Below are positions 1-10,357 of a stretch of 64,000 nucleotides of DNA, one piece after another. Where the stretch lies: contig CAWAOD010000016.1 in assembly GCA_963783575.1 (NCBI GenBank), positions 224,001 through 288,000 of the forward strand, in the 5' to 3' direction. A model generated the notes under the pieces. It was given only the letters and a program-made list of their open reading frames with translations, did no database searches and was not told the DNA's origin. This DNA comes from an uncultured Spirochaetota bacterium (GTDB taxonomy: Bacteria > Spirochaetota > Brevinematia > Brevinematales > JAOACQ01). Both the position numbers and the translations under genes were made by a program. The stretch's first letter is position 1, and each line of letters begins with the position of its first letter.

Positions 1-1993
1 TCGGTTCAATTCTCCTCCACTTGTAGGTGATGTAGCTACGCATTGGCCGGGAGCTAATCCTGAATTTGAAATTTTATAAATCTTATTTATTTCATCAAAT
101 AATTGTCTTCCACCAGATATATATAATTCCGGTTTTATGGAATTCTTATAACCCAATCCATGTGCAGAAATTGGCGATGGTAAATCCTGGTTTGGTAAAA
201 TATCAATTCTGTTGCCAATATTAGTTGCATTTGATTTATCAGCATGAATAGAGCCTACTGTTATTGAATTTATAGAATCCGCTGGAGATAGTATTTTCCT
301 GTTTCGTTTATCAAAATCAATTTTTTCCATTGTAAGTCTTAAAATAGTATCATTTGGCAGAGATTTTATTTCGTTTAAGCTTTTTTGAAGGTCAATATCG
401 GCATCAATATTACCTGCACTAACACAAAAAAGAACCTTATATTTGTTTGAAAGCCAGTCTAATAGTTTCCCACATGAACTCAAATTATTAAAAAACATCT
501 TTGACTTATCTGCTATTGAAATGTTGATTATTTTTATTGATGGAGCTGCTGCTGCTTCATTTGGACCACCTTCAAATATCCTACGAACAGAACGTAGAAT
601 CAAGTCTTCCATAAAATAATCTTTGGGGATATTTTCAAGAGGTGGATTGCTAATAAAGTCTTCTGTATCAGGTTTCATAATTGGTCTAAAATAAATTGGC
701 CTGTTAAGAGGTTCTTCATGAGCGTCCAATTCTCCATGGCATATCAGTGAAGCCATCGCAGTACCATGCTTTCTTGCGTTTGCCGGATAGTTATTTTCAT
801 CTATAAAACCATCAGGATCATCTAGATTTATTCTATTTTTCAAAAGATTATGCTGCACAAAGGGAACGCCATCGAGCACAGCAACAATAGGCTCTCCAGT
901 GGTGTTTCCAGATTTGAAATCACCTTCCATGCTTTCTGAAGGTATAAACACTTTACATTGTCCTACTGGAGGACGGAATGATCTTATACCATCGCAAGTA
1001 AAAATTTTTGAATAATCTGAATTAAGTACTTTCTCAATACTATGTATTGGTAATTCAACTTTAATCGCATGAAACCCTATTTCATTGATAGTACAAGATG
1101 ATAATATCTTTCCTTCCTCATGAATAACAAAATTCATAATACTTTTTTCTGTTATATTTCTTTGTTGTTCATTATTTCTATACCAAAGATCAATTTCAAA
1201 AAATATTTTTGATGCGGTTCCCTTTTATTTCTAATTCTTCTTTCCAAAGATCGTCAATATGGTAATCTCTTAATCGGTCTTGTACATCCCATCTTCTGAT
1301 TGTTTTTATTTGTTTGAAAATTTGAACCCATTTCCCATATCCCGGTAATTTTTTACCTCCAGAATCCCATTGTTTCCATATACCAAATAAGTCTTCTAAA
1401 GTCTGTCTGTTGCTCATACTGAGGAATAGACGTCCGCTTATAGCTTGTTTCCTGCTTGAAATAGATTCTTCTTTAATAATATTTATTATTTCTTCATTGT
1501 AATTAGAAAATTCGGGTGGGATTAATTTTTTAAAAGTATAAATATCTTTATTCGCTAAATAACCATTATTGTCAATATAAGCATTATCCAGAAGCAGATT
1601 CTAAATCAGTGAAGATTGTTTTCTGTTTATGGATTCTATCTTTGTACAAAAACTCAATTTCCCAATTTTACAATTCTGATAAAAATAATCATCAGCTTCA
1701 ATAGTTTCTTCATCAATCTCAGCAAGCCATTCAAGGCCTGGAATAGCATGTACTGCTATTTGAAAATCTTCAATCTGGCCAATAGTCTCTATTACCAACA
1801 CATATTCAGGTTCAAGACCATCAGCCGTATCACTAATGAAAGCATCTAACATGGATTCAAATTGCGGGGTAAGCCTGTCTTTTTGGTTTTGAAAAGTTGG
1901 GAAATGATATATAACTTCTCTTGGAAGTGCTTTTTTCTTTTCTCGAGATGTTGGAGTTGGTACAGGAAATATTAAAAGAGGTCTACCGGCCAT
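1..1993 (-). pseudogene. S8 subtilisin-like serine peptidase, IetS-like; interrupted and running off the window edge
   Basis: Manual translation joins ORFs 1601..1993 and 1196..1417 through an in-frame TAG at 1601-1603 (continuing ...ISGRLFLSMSNRQ). A +1 indel near 1216 then leads to FEIDLWYR...VAVLDG...HGTAMASLICHG...LFCVSAGN (catalytic Asp and His, oxyanion Asn). Starts 3 bp after the AAA ATPase stop. Confidence 0.85.
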
Positions 1994-1996
1994 TTA

Positions 1997-2974
1997 TTAT
2001 TCCTCAATATTGTTACCCACAATAAATTTATTTTCCCATTGTTTCAGTTTTTCAATAATTAATGACTTTGTATTTTCATGCTTATGTTCTAAAATTGTTT
2101 TTCTTAAAATATCTGTAAAAAAATCTTCAATTTCCGAATAACTTTTACCATTTAATTTTTCAATAAGCTTTTCCATAACATAATTAATGCTAATCCCTGT
2201 CTTTTTTATAAACATCTCTATAAATTTTTGAATTTGTATCTTATTTGGTCCTTCAAGATTTAATCTTATTTGGAACCGTCGCCATACCGCACGATCAAGA
2301 AGTTCCGGATGATTACTTGCCGCGATAACAACAACATAACTTGGAAGCCTGTCCATTTGAAGAAGTAATGAACTTACAACACGCTTAATTTCACCGGTTT
2401 CTTTTGTATCGCCTCTTTCCTTACCAATCGTATCAAATTCATCAAGAAAGAGAACACATGTTCTTGTTTTTATATAATCGAACATATTACTAAGCCGTGT
2501 TGCTGTTTCCCCTAAGTAACTGCCAATTAAGTTTTCATAGCGAATAACAAATAAAGGATACATTAATTGTGTTGCAATAGCCTCTGCAAGGCTTGTCTTA
2601 CCATTGCCTGGAGAACCTGTTAATAAAACTCTGTTTCTGGGTTCAAGACCATAAGAATGAAGTAAATCGGCTCTATGCTGTTCTTCTATCAAGTCTTTAC
2701 AAATTATTAAGGATTGATCCTCAATTATTAAATCATCAAATTGTTTTTGAGGGGTAATTTCAAAAACCAAATCTTTTGATTGTCCATTGGGACGAATAAT
2801 CGCATTATTCTTATTGACATTTTCATTTAAAATTGCAGCCAATCTGTCAGCAAGAATATCATGTTTTTTAGCCCTTTCTTCAGCAATTAGACTTTCAACG
2901 GATTTACGAAAAGAAATCATATCATTTCGATTTGCTGACTGTACCAAACTCAGTAAAATATCTGCCCTAGCCAT
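1997..2974 (-). CDS. AAA+ ATPase, IetA-like partner of the S8 peptidase
   Basis: Walker A GSPGNGKT, Walker B LFLDEFD, SRH motif LDRAVWRRF; MARADILLSL N-terminus as in ATPases of AAA-S8 pairs. Confidence 0.9.
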   Translation of the reverse strand: MARADILLSLVQSANRNDMISFRKSVESLIAEERAKKHDILADRLAAILNENVNKNNAIIRPNGQSKDLVFEITPQKQFDDLIIEDQSLIICKDLIEEQHRADLLHSYGLEPRNRVLLTGSPGNGKTSLAEAIATQLMYPLFVIRYENLIGSYLGETATRLSNMFDYIKTRTCVLFLDEFDTIGKERGDTKETGEIKRVVSSLLLQMDRLPSYVVVIAASNHPELLDRAVWRRFQIRLNLEGPNKIQIQKFIEMFIKKTGISINYVMEKLIEKLNGKSYSEIEDFFTDILRKTILEHKHENTKSLIIEKLKQWENKFIVGNNIEE

Positions 2975-3239
2975 TATAATTCCACCTAGACTCTTATATT
3001 TTATATAAAATCTATATTATTAGATTGGTAAGACAATTTGAATTGCTAATAATTTCAATTAGAAATATTTTACTTCTCGTCTGTTAAAAACACAAAAATA
3101 ATGATGATTATGTCTAAAATATTTTAATTCTTTAATTAAAATAATATTTTTTAATAGGGAATTATAATGTTGCTCGCTGTATACTTTGCCATTTTTGATT
3201 AAGTTTTTATGTGTCAAAAAGAACTTGCGAAATGTATTA

Positions 3240-3440
3240 GCTTCTGCCGGTCACTTCGATACGCATCTTTGACTCTTTAACTAGCCCCGGTCGCCGAGTG
3301 ATTTTTGCATCAGCAAAAATTGTATCGAGGCGATCGTCAACACGCGCCCCTCGACTTGTGCTGAGTTTATCGAAGTATACAATCGCTTTCGCGATAACAC
3401 TTCGATAAACTCAGTGCACCGCTCGAGGAGCGAAGAGGGG
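3240..3440. repeat. Cluster of nested REP-like palindromes
   Basis: Perfect 16-bp inverted repeat ctgagtttatcgaagt (3361-3376) / acttcgataaactcag (3399-3414); also the hairpin atttttgc-atca-gcaaaaat at 3301-3320. Confidence 0.7.
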
Positions 3441-3448
3441 GTAGGGGG

Positions 3449-4800
3449 CATAAGCGCTAACTTGATTCTTGATATTTTTACAAATCATAGCTATAATATT
3501 TATATGGAGGCGGCTATGATTAATGAAGATTGGAATATTTTAGTTTCAATGTTTCCAATAGGTTGGCGTGAAAAGGCAAAGGAAACGGGTGCATTAAGGG
3601 GATTGCGTAAGTGCAAATCTGAGGAGGACTTGCTCAGAACCCTTTTGATTCATCTGGCTGGCGGGTTTTCTCTAAGAGAAACAGTAGTAGGGGCTCGTGA
3701 AGCCAATTTAGCAGATTTATCTGATGTTGCCTTGCTGAAGCGATTAAGAAAGAGTTCGGATTGGTTGGCGTCATTATGTGAAGGTTTATTTGAGGAGCGA
3801 GGTGTGAAACTGGAAAATAAAGATGGATTTGAAGTTCGCCTTCTTGATGCTACTGTAGTTAAAGAACCTGGAAGGACGGGAAGTTTATGGAAGGTTCATT
3901 ACAGTCTTAGACTACCTACATTCAAGTGTGACTACTTTCGCGTAACTCAAATGAACGGTATAGGGACGGGTGAGTCGTTTAAACAATTTGATTTGAAACC
4001 GGGTGATTATATTATAGGTGATCGAGGTTATGGTCAGGCTCCGGGAATAAAGTTTGCCGTTGAGCAGAAAGCTTCTCTATTGGTCCGCATCAGCCCTCAT
4101 CATGTTGTAGTTAGCGATTCATCCGGTAAGCCATTTAATTGGCTGGATAGATTATCAGAAGTTTCGAAATCGGGACAAGCATGTTCAATGGAATGTTCAT
4201 TTACAATGCCCTGATAAAACCACTGTTTCCGGTAGAGTTTGTGTTATAAGAAAATCTGAACAAGCTATTCTTAAGGCTCACAAACGTATTAAAAAGCATG
4301 CTATAAAAAAGAGTCAGAAGTTAAAACCGGAGACACTAATATATGCGGAGTTTGTGATTGTATTCACAACTTTTGAAGAGTCAAGTTTTCCGCCGGCAGA
4401 AATACTGCGATGGTATAGATTACGATGGCAGGTTGAATTAGTATTTAAACGTTTTAAGCAACTTGCGGAACTTGGGCATTTGCCTAAATATACAGATGAA
4501 AGTTCCAAGGCTTGGCTGTATGGCAAATTGTTTGTGGCCCTGTTAAACGAAAAACTTATCTGGCAAGCCCAGACTTTTTCCCCCTGGGGTTATGATATTA
4601 TTAATCAGGGCAGGGATAGTAAGCCGTTGGCGTGAATTTGCATTTATGCTTCATGAAATGCAGAGAGTAATTATTCCATGCCTTTCGCTTACCGGTATTT
4701 TTATAAATTGGATAAGAATTTCCAGAGGACTTATTAATAAAAAGAGAAGAAGAAAAATGCAAATTGTGGAATATTTTTCCTTAACAAGTTAGCGCTTATG
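3449..4800 (+). mobile_element. IS4-family insertion sequence, IS186/IS421-like
   Basis: Perfect 16-bp terminal inverted repeats cataagcgctaacttg (3449-3464) and caagttagcgcttatg (4785-4800) enclose a DDE transposase; inserted in a G5...C5 palindrome. Confidence 0.92.
3516..4635 (+). pseudogene. IS4-family DDE transposase with one +1 indel near 4185
   Basis: LLDAT, IGDRGY and YRLRWQVELVFKRFK (Y-2-R-3-E-6-K signature). RBS ggagg at 3506 before ATG 3516; promoter ttgata-17-tataat at 3469-3497. Removing one T at 4184-4185 fuses the two ORFs. Confidence 0.85.
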
Positions 4801-4910
4801 GGGCATGCCCCCTTGCTCTGATTCCATTGCCGCTCAGTAATGATTTCCCTTGATTTTATAACTATTGTTTATTAGATTTATTAAGAGAATTTAAATATAA
4901 GGGAAAAAAT

Positions 4911-5888
4911 ATGAATAATATCAATAAATCATGGAAAGAAAATCCGTTCGATATAAAAAAGATAGATTTAAAGAAAATGCTTACGCCTCAGCAATATAAT
5001 GTGGTATGCGAGCACGGAACCGAAAAGCCTTTCGACAACGAATACTGGAACAATAAAAAAGCAGGTATTTATGTGGATATTGTTTCCGGTGAACCTCTTT
5101 TCAGTTCAGCCGATAAATTCGATTCCGGAACCGGATGGCCGAGTTTTACAAGGCCTATTGATAATAAAGCTGTTATTGAAAAGAAAGATAAAGGTTATGG
5201 TATGGTCCGCACCGAAGTATTAAGCAGTACTGCAGGATCGCACCTCGGGCATGTATTCGATGACGGGCCTGAACCGACCGGCCTGAGATATTGCATGAAT
5301 TCGGCGTCGCTCAGGTTTATTTCCGTGGAAAAAATGGAAGAAGAAGGCTACTCCGATTTGCTGTATCTATTTCCTGATAAAAGCAATAACCAGGTGAATA
5401 CTGAGCTGGCAACATTTTCCGCCGGTTGTTTCTGGGGGGTTGAGGCTTATTATAAGAAGGTGAAAGGCGTTATCGGCACAACTGCGGGCTATGCCGGAGG
5501 CACAAAAGAAAATCCAGGTTACGAAGAGGTTTGTACCGGTAAAACCGGCCATGCGGAAACCGTTCATATCGAATATGACCCATCGATTGTGAGTTTTGAG
5601 AGGCTGCTTTATCATTTCTGGAAAATCCACGATCCGACAACATTAAACCGCCAGGGTAATGATGTCGGTACCCAATACAGGTCTGTGATATTTTATCACA
5701 GCCCCGAACAAAAAAAATCAGCCGAAGAATCCAGATCGGCGCTCGAAAAATCAGGAAAATTCAAGAAGAAGATAGTTACTGAAATAATCCCTTTCGGGAA
5801 ATTCTGGCCCGCCGAGGAATATCATCAGGATTACCTTGATAAAAATCCATGGGGATACTGCCATGTCGATCTTTCAAATGTTGATTGA
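4911..5888 (+). CDS. msrAB: Bifunctional methionine sulfoxide reductase MsrB-MsrA
   Basis: MsrB motifs GWPSF, HLGHVF, RYCMNS; MsrA motifs GCFWG, GTQYRS, AEEYHQ. Confidence 0.95.
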   Translation: MNNINKSWKENPFDIKKIDLKKMLTPQQYNVVCEHGTEKPFDNEYWNNKKAGIYVDIVSGEPLFSSADKFDSGTGWPSFTRPIDNKAVIEKKDKGYGMVRTEVLSSTAGSHLGHVFDDGPEPTGLRYCMNSASLRFISVEKMEEEGYSDLLYLFPDKSNNQVNTELATFSAGCFWGVEAYYKKVKGVIGTTAGYAGGTKENPGYEEVCTGKTGHAETVHIEYDPSIVSFERLLYHFWKIHDPTTLNRQGNDVGTQYRSVIFYHSPEQKKSAEESRSALEKSGKFKKKIVTEIIPFGKFWPAEEYHQDYLDKNPWGYCHVDLSNVD

Positions 5889-5999
5889 TGATTAAATTTG
5901 ATTTTTCTGAAAACTGTTCTATAATTTAGGGTTGAGTTTGAGTATAAATAGACTATTTAATCCGTAAAAACGGAATCATAGATCAGGAGATAATAAGGA

Positions 6000-8900
6000 A
6001 TGCAGAAAAACGTAAAAGATACCGTGTATCGGTCGGTGGGCATATGCCTGGGGGCTTCAACATTTTCCATGGTGGAACTTGAAAATGGGGCGAACGGCCT
6101 TGAAATAAAGAACATCATCGTAAAAGAACACAACGGCGATCCCAAGGGAGTATTTTCCAGATATCTGGACGAATCAAATCTGGATGAAAGATATATTGCC
6201 ATAACCGGAAGAAAATTCAGGGAGATCACAAATATACCTTCGATTATCGAACCGGAGGCAACGGAGATCGCGTACCAGTTTTTGAACAAAGGTGTCAAAC
6301 ATTATGACGCGGTGGTTTCCGCGGGCGGCGAATCCTTCATCGTGTATGAAATAGATAAAAAAGGAAGGATATCGAGGATAAGTTCCGGAAATAAATGCGC
6401 TTCCGGAACAGGCGAATTTTTCTTACAGCAGATCAGGAGAATGAATGTAAGCATTAAGCAGGCAGTTGAGCTGGCAAGAACCTCAAACAATCCTCACCAG
6501 CTTTCAGGCCGCTGTTCCGTTTTCTGCAAATCCGACTGCACCCACGCGCTTAATAAGGGCGAAAGCATCGCCGATGTTACCGCCGGGCTCGCAAGGATGA
6601 TCGCGAAGAAAATCGAGGAACTTCTTGTAAGGATAGGCGCAAAAAGGGTTCTTATCGCGGGTGGAACCGCTCAGAACGACGTTGTGATTGATTTCCTGAG
6701 AGAGAGCTTTGAAGAAGTGACCGTTCCAAAAGAAGCTCCTTACTTTGAGGCTTTGGGTGCGGCTATCTGGGCGATGAATGAAAAGCAGCAGGTTAAGATT
6801 GAAAAAGGAAACTATTTTAAAGATATAAAATCCTCATTTGAATTTTTAAAACCTCTAAATCAATTTCTTGATATGGTGGATTTTAAGGAAATGCCATTTA
6901 AAAAGGCAAACGAAGGCGATGAATGCGTTGTCGGGCTTGATGTCGGTTCAACAACAACAAAAGCCGTTCTTTTCCGGGTTGAAGACGAAAAGATTCTCTG
7001 CGCCAAATATCTAAGGACTAACGGCAATCCGATTGAAGCATCAAGGCAGTGTTATCAATCGCTTTTCGATCAGCTTAACGGCACGAAAGTTAAAATAACG
7101 GGACTCGGGGTCACCGGCAGCGGCAGGTATATAGCCGGGCTTCACGCGGATACCGACGGTATAATCAACGAGATCATCGCCCACGCCAGGGCGGCGGCTC
7201 ATTTTGACGCCGGTGTGGATACAATTTTCGAAATAGGCGGCCAGGACGCTAAATATACATACCTCACCAATTCCGTGGCTTCCGACTACGCGATGAACGA
7301 GGCCTGCTCGGCAGGTACGGGAAGCTTTCTGGAAGAGTCGGCCTACGAAACGCTTGGTGTAAAAATGGAAGAAATTGCCGATATAGCTCTTTTAGCTAAA
7401 AAGCCGCCGAATTTTTCCGATCAATGCGCGGCTTTCATATCATCCGATATAAATACCGCTTTCCAGGAAGGAATCAGCAGGGAAAATATCATAGCCGGGC
7501 TTGTTTACTCAATCTGCATCAATTATGTCAACCGCGTCAAGGGTTCGCGGCAGGTCGGAAATAAGATATTTATGCAGGGCGGCGTTTGTTATAATAAAGC
7601 CGTTCCCGCGGCTATGGCTGCCCTTACAGGGAAAAAGATCATTGTACCGCCCGAACCCGGGCTTATGGGCGCATACGGAGTGGCTCTTGAAATAAAAAAC
7701 ATGATTTCAGTCGGCCTTCTTGATAAAAAAGAATTCGATTTAAAAATGCTAGCCGACAGGCAGGTTTCATACGGTAAACCGTTCATCTGCCAGGGCAGAG
7801 CCGAAAATTGCGACCGCCGCTGTGAAATAAGCATGATCCATATCGGGGATAAAAAATTCCCGTTCGGAGGAGCCTGCAATAAGTATTACAACCAGCTCCA
7901 CCGTTTGAATTATAATGTCGCGGATTTCAACCATGTAATAAAAAGACGGGAACTTCTTTTTGAGTCTTTCGCCATACCGAACCCTGAAATAAAAAAAGAT
8001 GCCCCGGTTGTGGGTTTAAACCGTTCATTTCAGGTCAATACGCTCTATCCGATGTTCTTTAACTTTTTCAATGAACTGGGCTGCAAAGTAATTATGCCGG
8101 ACAAAGTACACCAGACTGGGATCGATAAAGCAATGTCCAGCTTCTGTTTATCAGCGCAGGTCGCGCTTGGAATGTTTGAGGATTTGCTTGATAAAAAGCC
8201 GGATTACATATTTATGCCGCAGATAATGGAAATGCATGTCTCGGAGCAGAAGGATTACCGCAAGGAATACCAGACAGTCTGTATGTTTGTTCAGGGAGAG
8301 GCTTTTTACCAGAGCGCCACATTTTTAAGGGGTAAAAAAGACGGCCCGAAAATGATAACCCCGGCGCTTAATTTTATGTGCGGCTTCGACGCCGAAGAGG
8401 AAAAATTTATAGAGACCGCTTTGTTGATGGGCTTTACCCGTGAACAGGGAAAAAGGGCGCATAGCATAGCTTACAATAAGCAGATGGAATTCTTCGGCGC
8501 TATGAAAGCAGAAGGAAGAAGGATACTTTCAGAACTTGAGAAAAATCCTGAAAAGATCGCAGTTGTGCTCTTCGGCCATTCCTATAACGCGTTTGCCGAG
8601 GAAACGAACAAAGGAGTACCTTTCAAATTCGCATCCCGTGGAATAGAAATGATTCCTTACGATTTCCTGATGTACGAGGAAGAGGACAATTTCAGGAACA
8701 CTTATTGGGAAATGGGACAGAGAATAATAAAAGCGGCGCAGATTGTAAAGCGCCATAATCAGCTTTTCGGCTGCTACCTCACCAATTTCCTCTGCGCGAT
8801 AGATTCCATGATGGTTCCGCATTTCCGTGACCTGATGAAGACAAAGCCATCGCTGACTGTGGAAGTTGATACGCATACGGCGGACGCAGGAGTAAACACC

Positions 8901-10337
8901 AGGATTGAAGCCTTTATGGATGTTGTTAAAAATTATCTTAAAGTGAAGGACAAAATTCACGATCCTGTTCAGAATTTTATACCGGCAAGGACCGAGATAG
9001 ACTCGATGGGAAATATACTTTTTATCGGTTCGGATGGAAATAAATTCTCTTATAAAGATAAAAAAGTCAAGGCGGTATTCCCTTCGATGGGCGATCTGTT
9101 CTCAAGATTCGGAGCGGCGGCGCTTGAAAAGCTGGGCTGGAATGCGGAAGCCCTTCCGGTTTGCGACCGCGAGGCTCTTGACCTCGGCCGCTCGGTTACC
9201 ACAAGCAAGGAATGCCTTCCGATTATCAATATGATCGGCGAGCTTTTAAAATACCTCAAATACCGCAAAAACCCGGATGAAAAGCTGGTTCTTTTTATGG
9301 TCGCGGCCGGAGGATGCTGCCGTGTCGGGCAATACGAAATACTGCTGAATTCACTCATAGAAAAGCTGAAGCTCAAGGATGTTGCCCTCCTTACACTGTC
9401 AAACGACAACGGTTACGCGGGCCTTGGAATTCCATTCCGTTTGAACGCCGCGAAAGCAATGTATGTGACCGACGCTCTGGATGATGTCCGTTCAGTGATT
9501 AAGGCTATGGCTGTTGATAAAAAGAGCGGCATGGAAATTTTCAACAATGAAACAAATAAAATTATCGATACTTTCAACGGCAGGAATAAATTATCATTCT
9601 ATAAGCAGCTCAAGCTTTCCGTGAAGAATCTTTCAAAGATCAAGCTTATCCGGCCGGTAGAAGAAGCGAAATACGTGGGAGTTGTCGGAGAGATTTTTGT
9701 TAGAAGAGATCATTTCTCACTGATGGGAATCCCTGAAATCCTTGCCGAGAATGGTTTTGTAATGCTCGACGCGCCTGTATCGGAATGGGTAAGGTATACT
9801 GATTTTCTAAGGGATATTAAGATGTTTGAACTTAAAACAAACTTTATCGGTAACATAGAAGCCCTTATTTCAGATTTTGTTCAGAATTATCATGAAAAAA
9901 GAGTTAAAAAGCTGATGACTAAAACAGGACTTTTTGAGCCTGAAAAAATTGAGATACGGAAATATATGTCACACTCAACCCATTTCTTCCCGCTGACTTT
10001 GACGGGAGAGCCGGGATTATCTTCCGGTTCCGCACTGTATCATCTTGTGGATAAATATTGCGGAGTGATCAATGTTGGACCGTTCGGATGCATGAATTCA
10101 AGAATGACGGAAGCTGTTGCCACACCGGAAATGACTGTTGAAGGAAAGGAAAAGGCTGTCCGCAATGCAGGCGGGAAAACAGATATTTCTTATTTAAAAG
10201 AAAATAATGATATCCTGCCATTCCTCAGTGTTGAACTTGATGGGAATCCTTTTTCACAGATTATTCAGGCAAGACTTGAGACTTTTATGCTTCAAGCCGA
10301 TAGATTATATGAGGATATTCATAAAAACAATAACTAA
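6000..10337 (+). CDS. Fused acyl-CoA dehydratase activase (CoA-substrate-specific enzyme activase) with dehydratase-like C-terminal domains
   Basis: Two BadF/BadG/BcrA/BcrD ATPase domains (KCASGTG; LDVGSTTTK, EIGGQD, NEACSAGTG), followed by DTHTADAG and PFGCM segments. Confidence 0.88.
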   Translation: MQKNVKDTVYRSVGICLGASTFSMVELENGANGLEIKNIIVKEHNGDPKGVFSRYLDESNLDERYIAITGRKFREITNIPSIIEPEATEIAYQFLNKGVKHYDAVVSAGGESFIVYEIDKKGRISRISSGNKCASGTGEFFLQQIRRMNVSIKQAVELARTSNNPHQLSGRCSVFCKSDCTHALNKGESIADVTAGLARMIAKKIEELLVRIGAKRVLIAGGTAQNDVVIDFLRESFEEVTVPKEAPYFEALGAAIWAMNEKQQVKIEKGNYFKDIKSSFEFLKPLNQFLDMVDFKEMPFKKANEGDECVVGLDVGSTTTKAVLFRVEDEKILCAKYLRTNGNPIEASRQCYQSLFDQLNGTKVKITGLGVTGSGRYIAGLHADTDGIINEIIAHARAAAHFDAGVDTIFEIGGQDAKYTYLTNSVASDYAMNEACSAGTGSFLEESAYETLGVKMEEIADIALLAKKPPNFSDQCAAFISSDINTAFQEGISRENIIAGLVYSICINYVNRVKGSRQVGNKIFMQGGVCYNKAVPAAMAALTGKKIIVPPEPGLMGAYGVALEIKNMISVGLLDKKEFDLKMLADRQVSYGKPFICQGRAENCDRRCEISMIHIGDKKFPFGGACNKYYNQLHRLNYNVADFNHVIKRRELLFESFAIPNPEIKKDAPVVGLNRSFQVNTLYPMFFNFFNELGCKVIMPDKVHQTGIDKAMSSFCLSAQVALGMFEDLLDKKPDYIFMPQIMEMHVSEQKDYRKEYQTVCMFVQGEAFYQSATFLRGKKDGPKMITPALNFMCGFDAEEEKFIETALLMGFTREQGKRAHSIAYNKQMEFFGAMKAEGRRILSELEKNPEKIAVVLFGHSYNAFAEETNKGVPFKFASRGIEMIPYDFLMYEEEDNFRNTYWEMGQRIIKAAQIVKRHNQLFGCYLTNFLCAIDSMMVPHFRDLMKTKPSLTVEVDTHTADAGVNTRIEAFMDVVKNYLKVKDKIHDPVQNFIPARTEIDSMGNILFIGSDGNKFSYKDKKVKAVFPSMGDLFSRFGAAALEKLGWNAEALPVCDREALDLGRSVTTSKECLPIINMIGELLKYLKYRKNPDEKLVLFMVAAGGCCRVGQYEILLNSLIEKLKLKDVALLTLSNDNGYAGLGIPFRLNAAKAMYVTDALDDVRSVIKAMAVDKKSGMEIFNNETNKIIDTFNGRNKLSFYKQLKLSVKNLSKIKLIRPVEEAKYVGVVGEIFVRRDHFSLMGIPEILAENGFVMLDAPVSEWVRYTDFLRDIKMFELKTNFIGNIEALISDFVQNYHEKRVKKLMTKTGLFEPEKIEIRKYMSHSTHFFPLTLTGEPGLSSGSALYHLVDKYCGVINVGPFGCMNSRMTEAVATPEMTVEGKEKAVRNAGGKTDISYLKENNDILPFLSVELDGNPFSQIIQARLETFMLQADRLYEDIHKNNN

Positions 10338-10357
10338 AGATAATGCTGGTTTAAGTT

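Noticed and set aside
3414..3515. N-terminal extension of the transposase ORF
   Set aside because: It begins outside the left IR; the RBS and promoter support ATG 3516.
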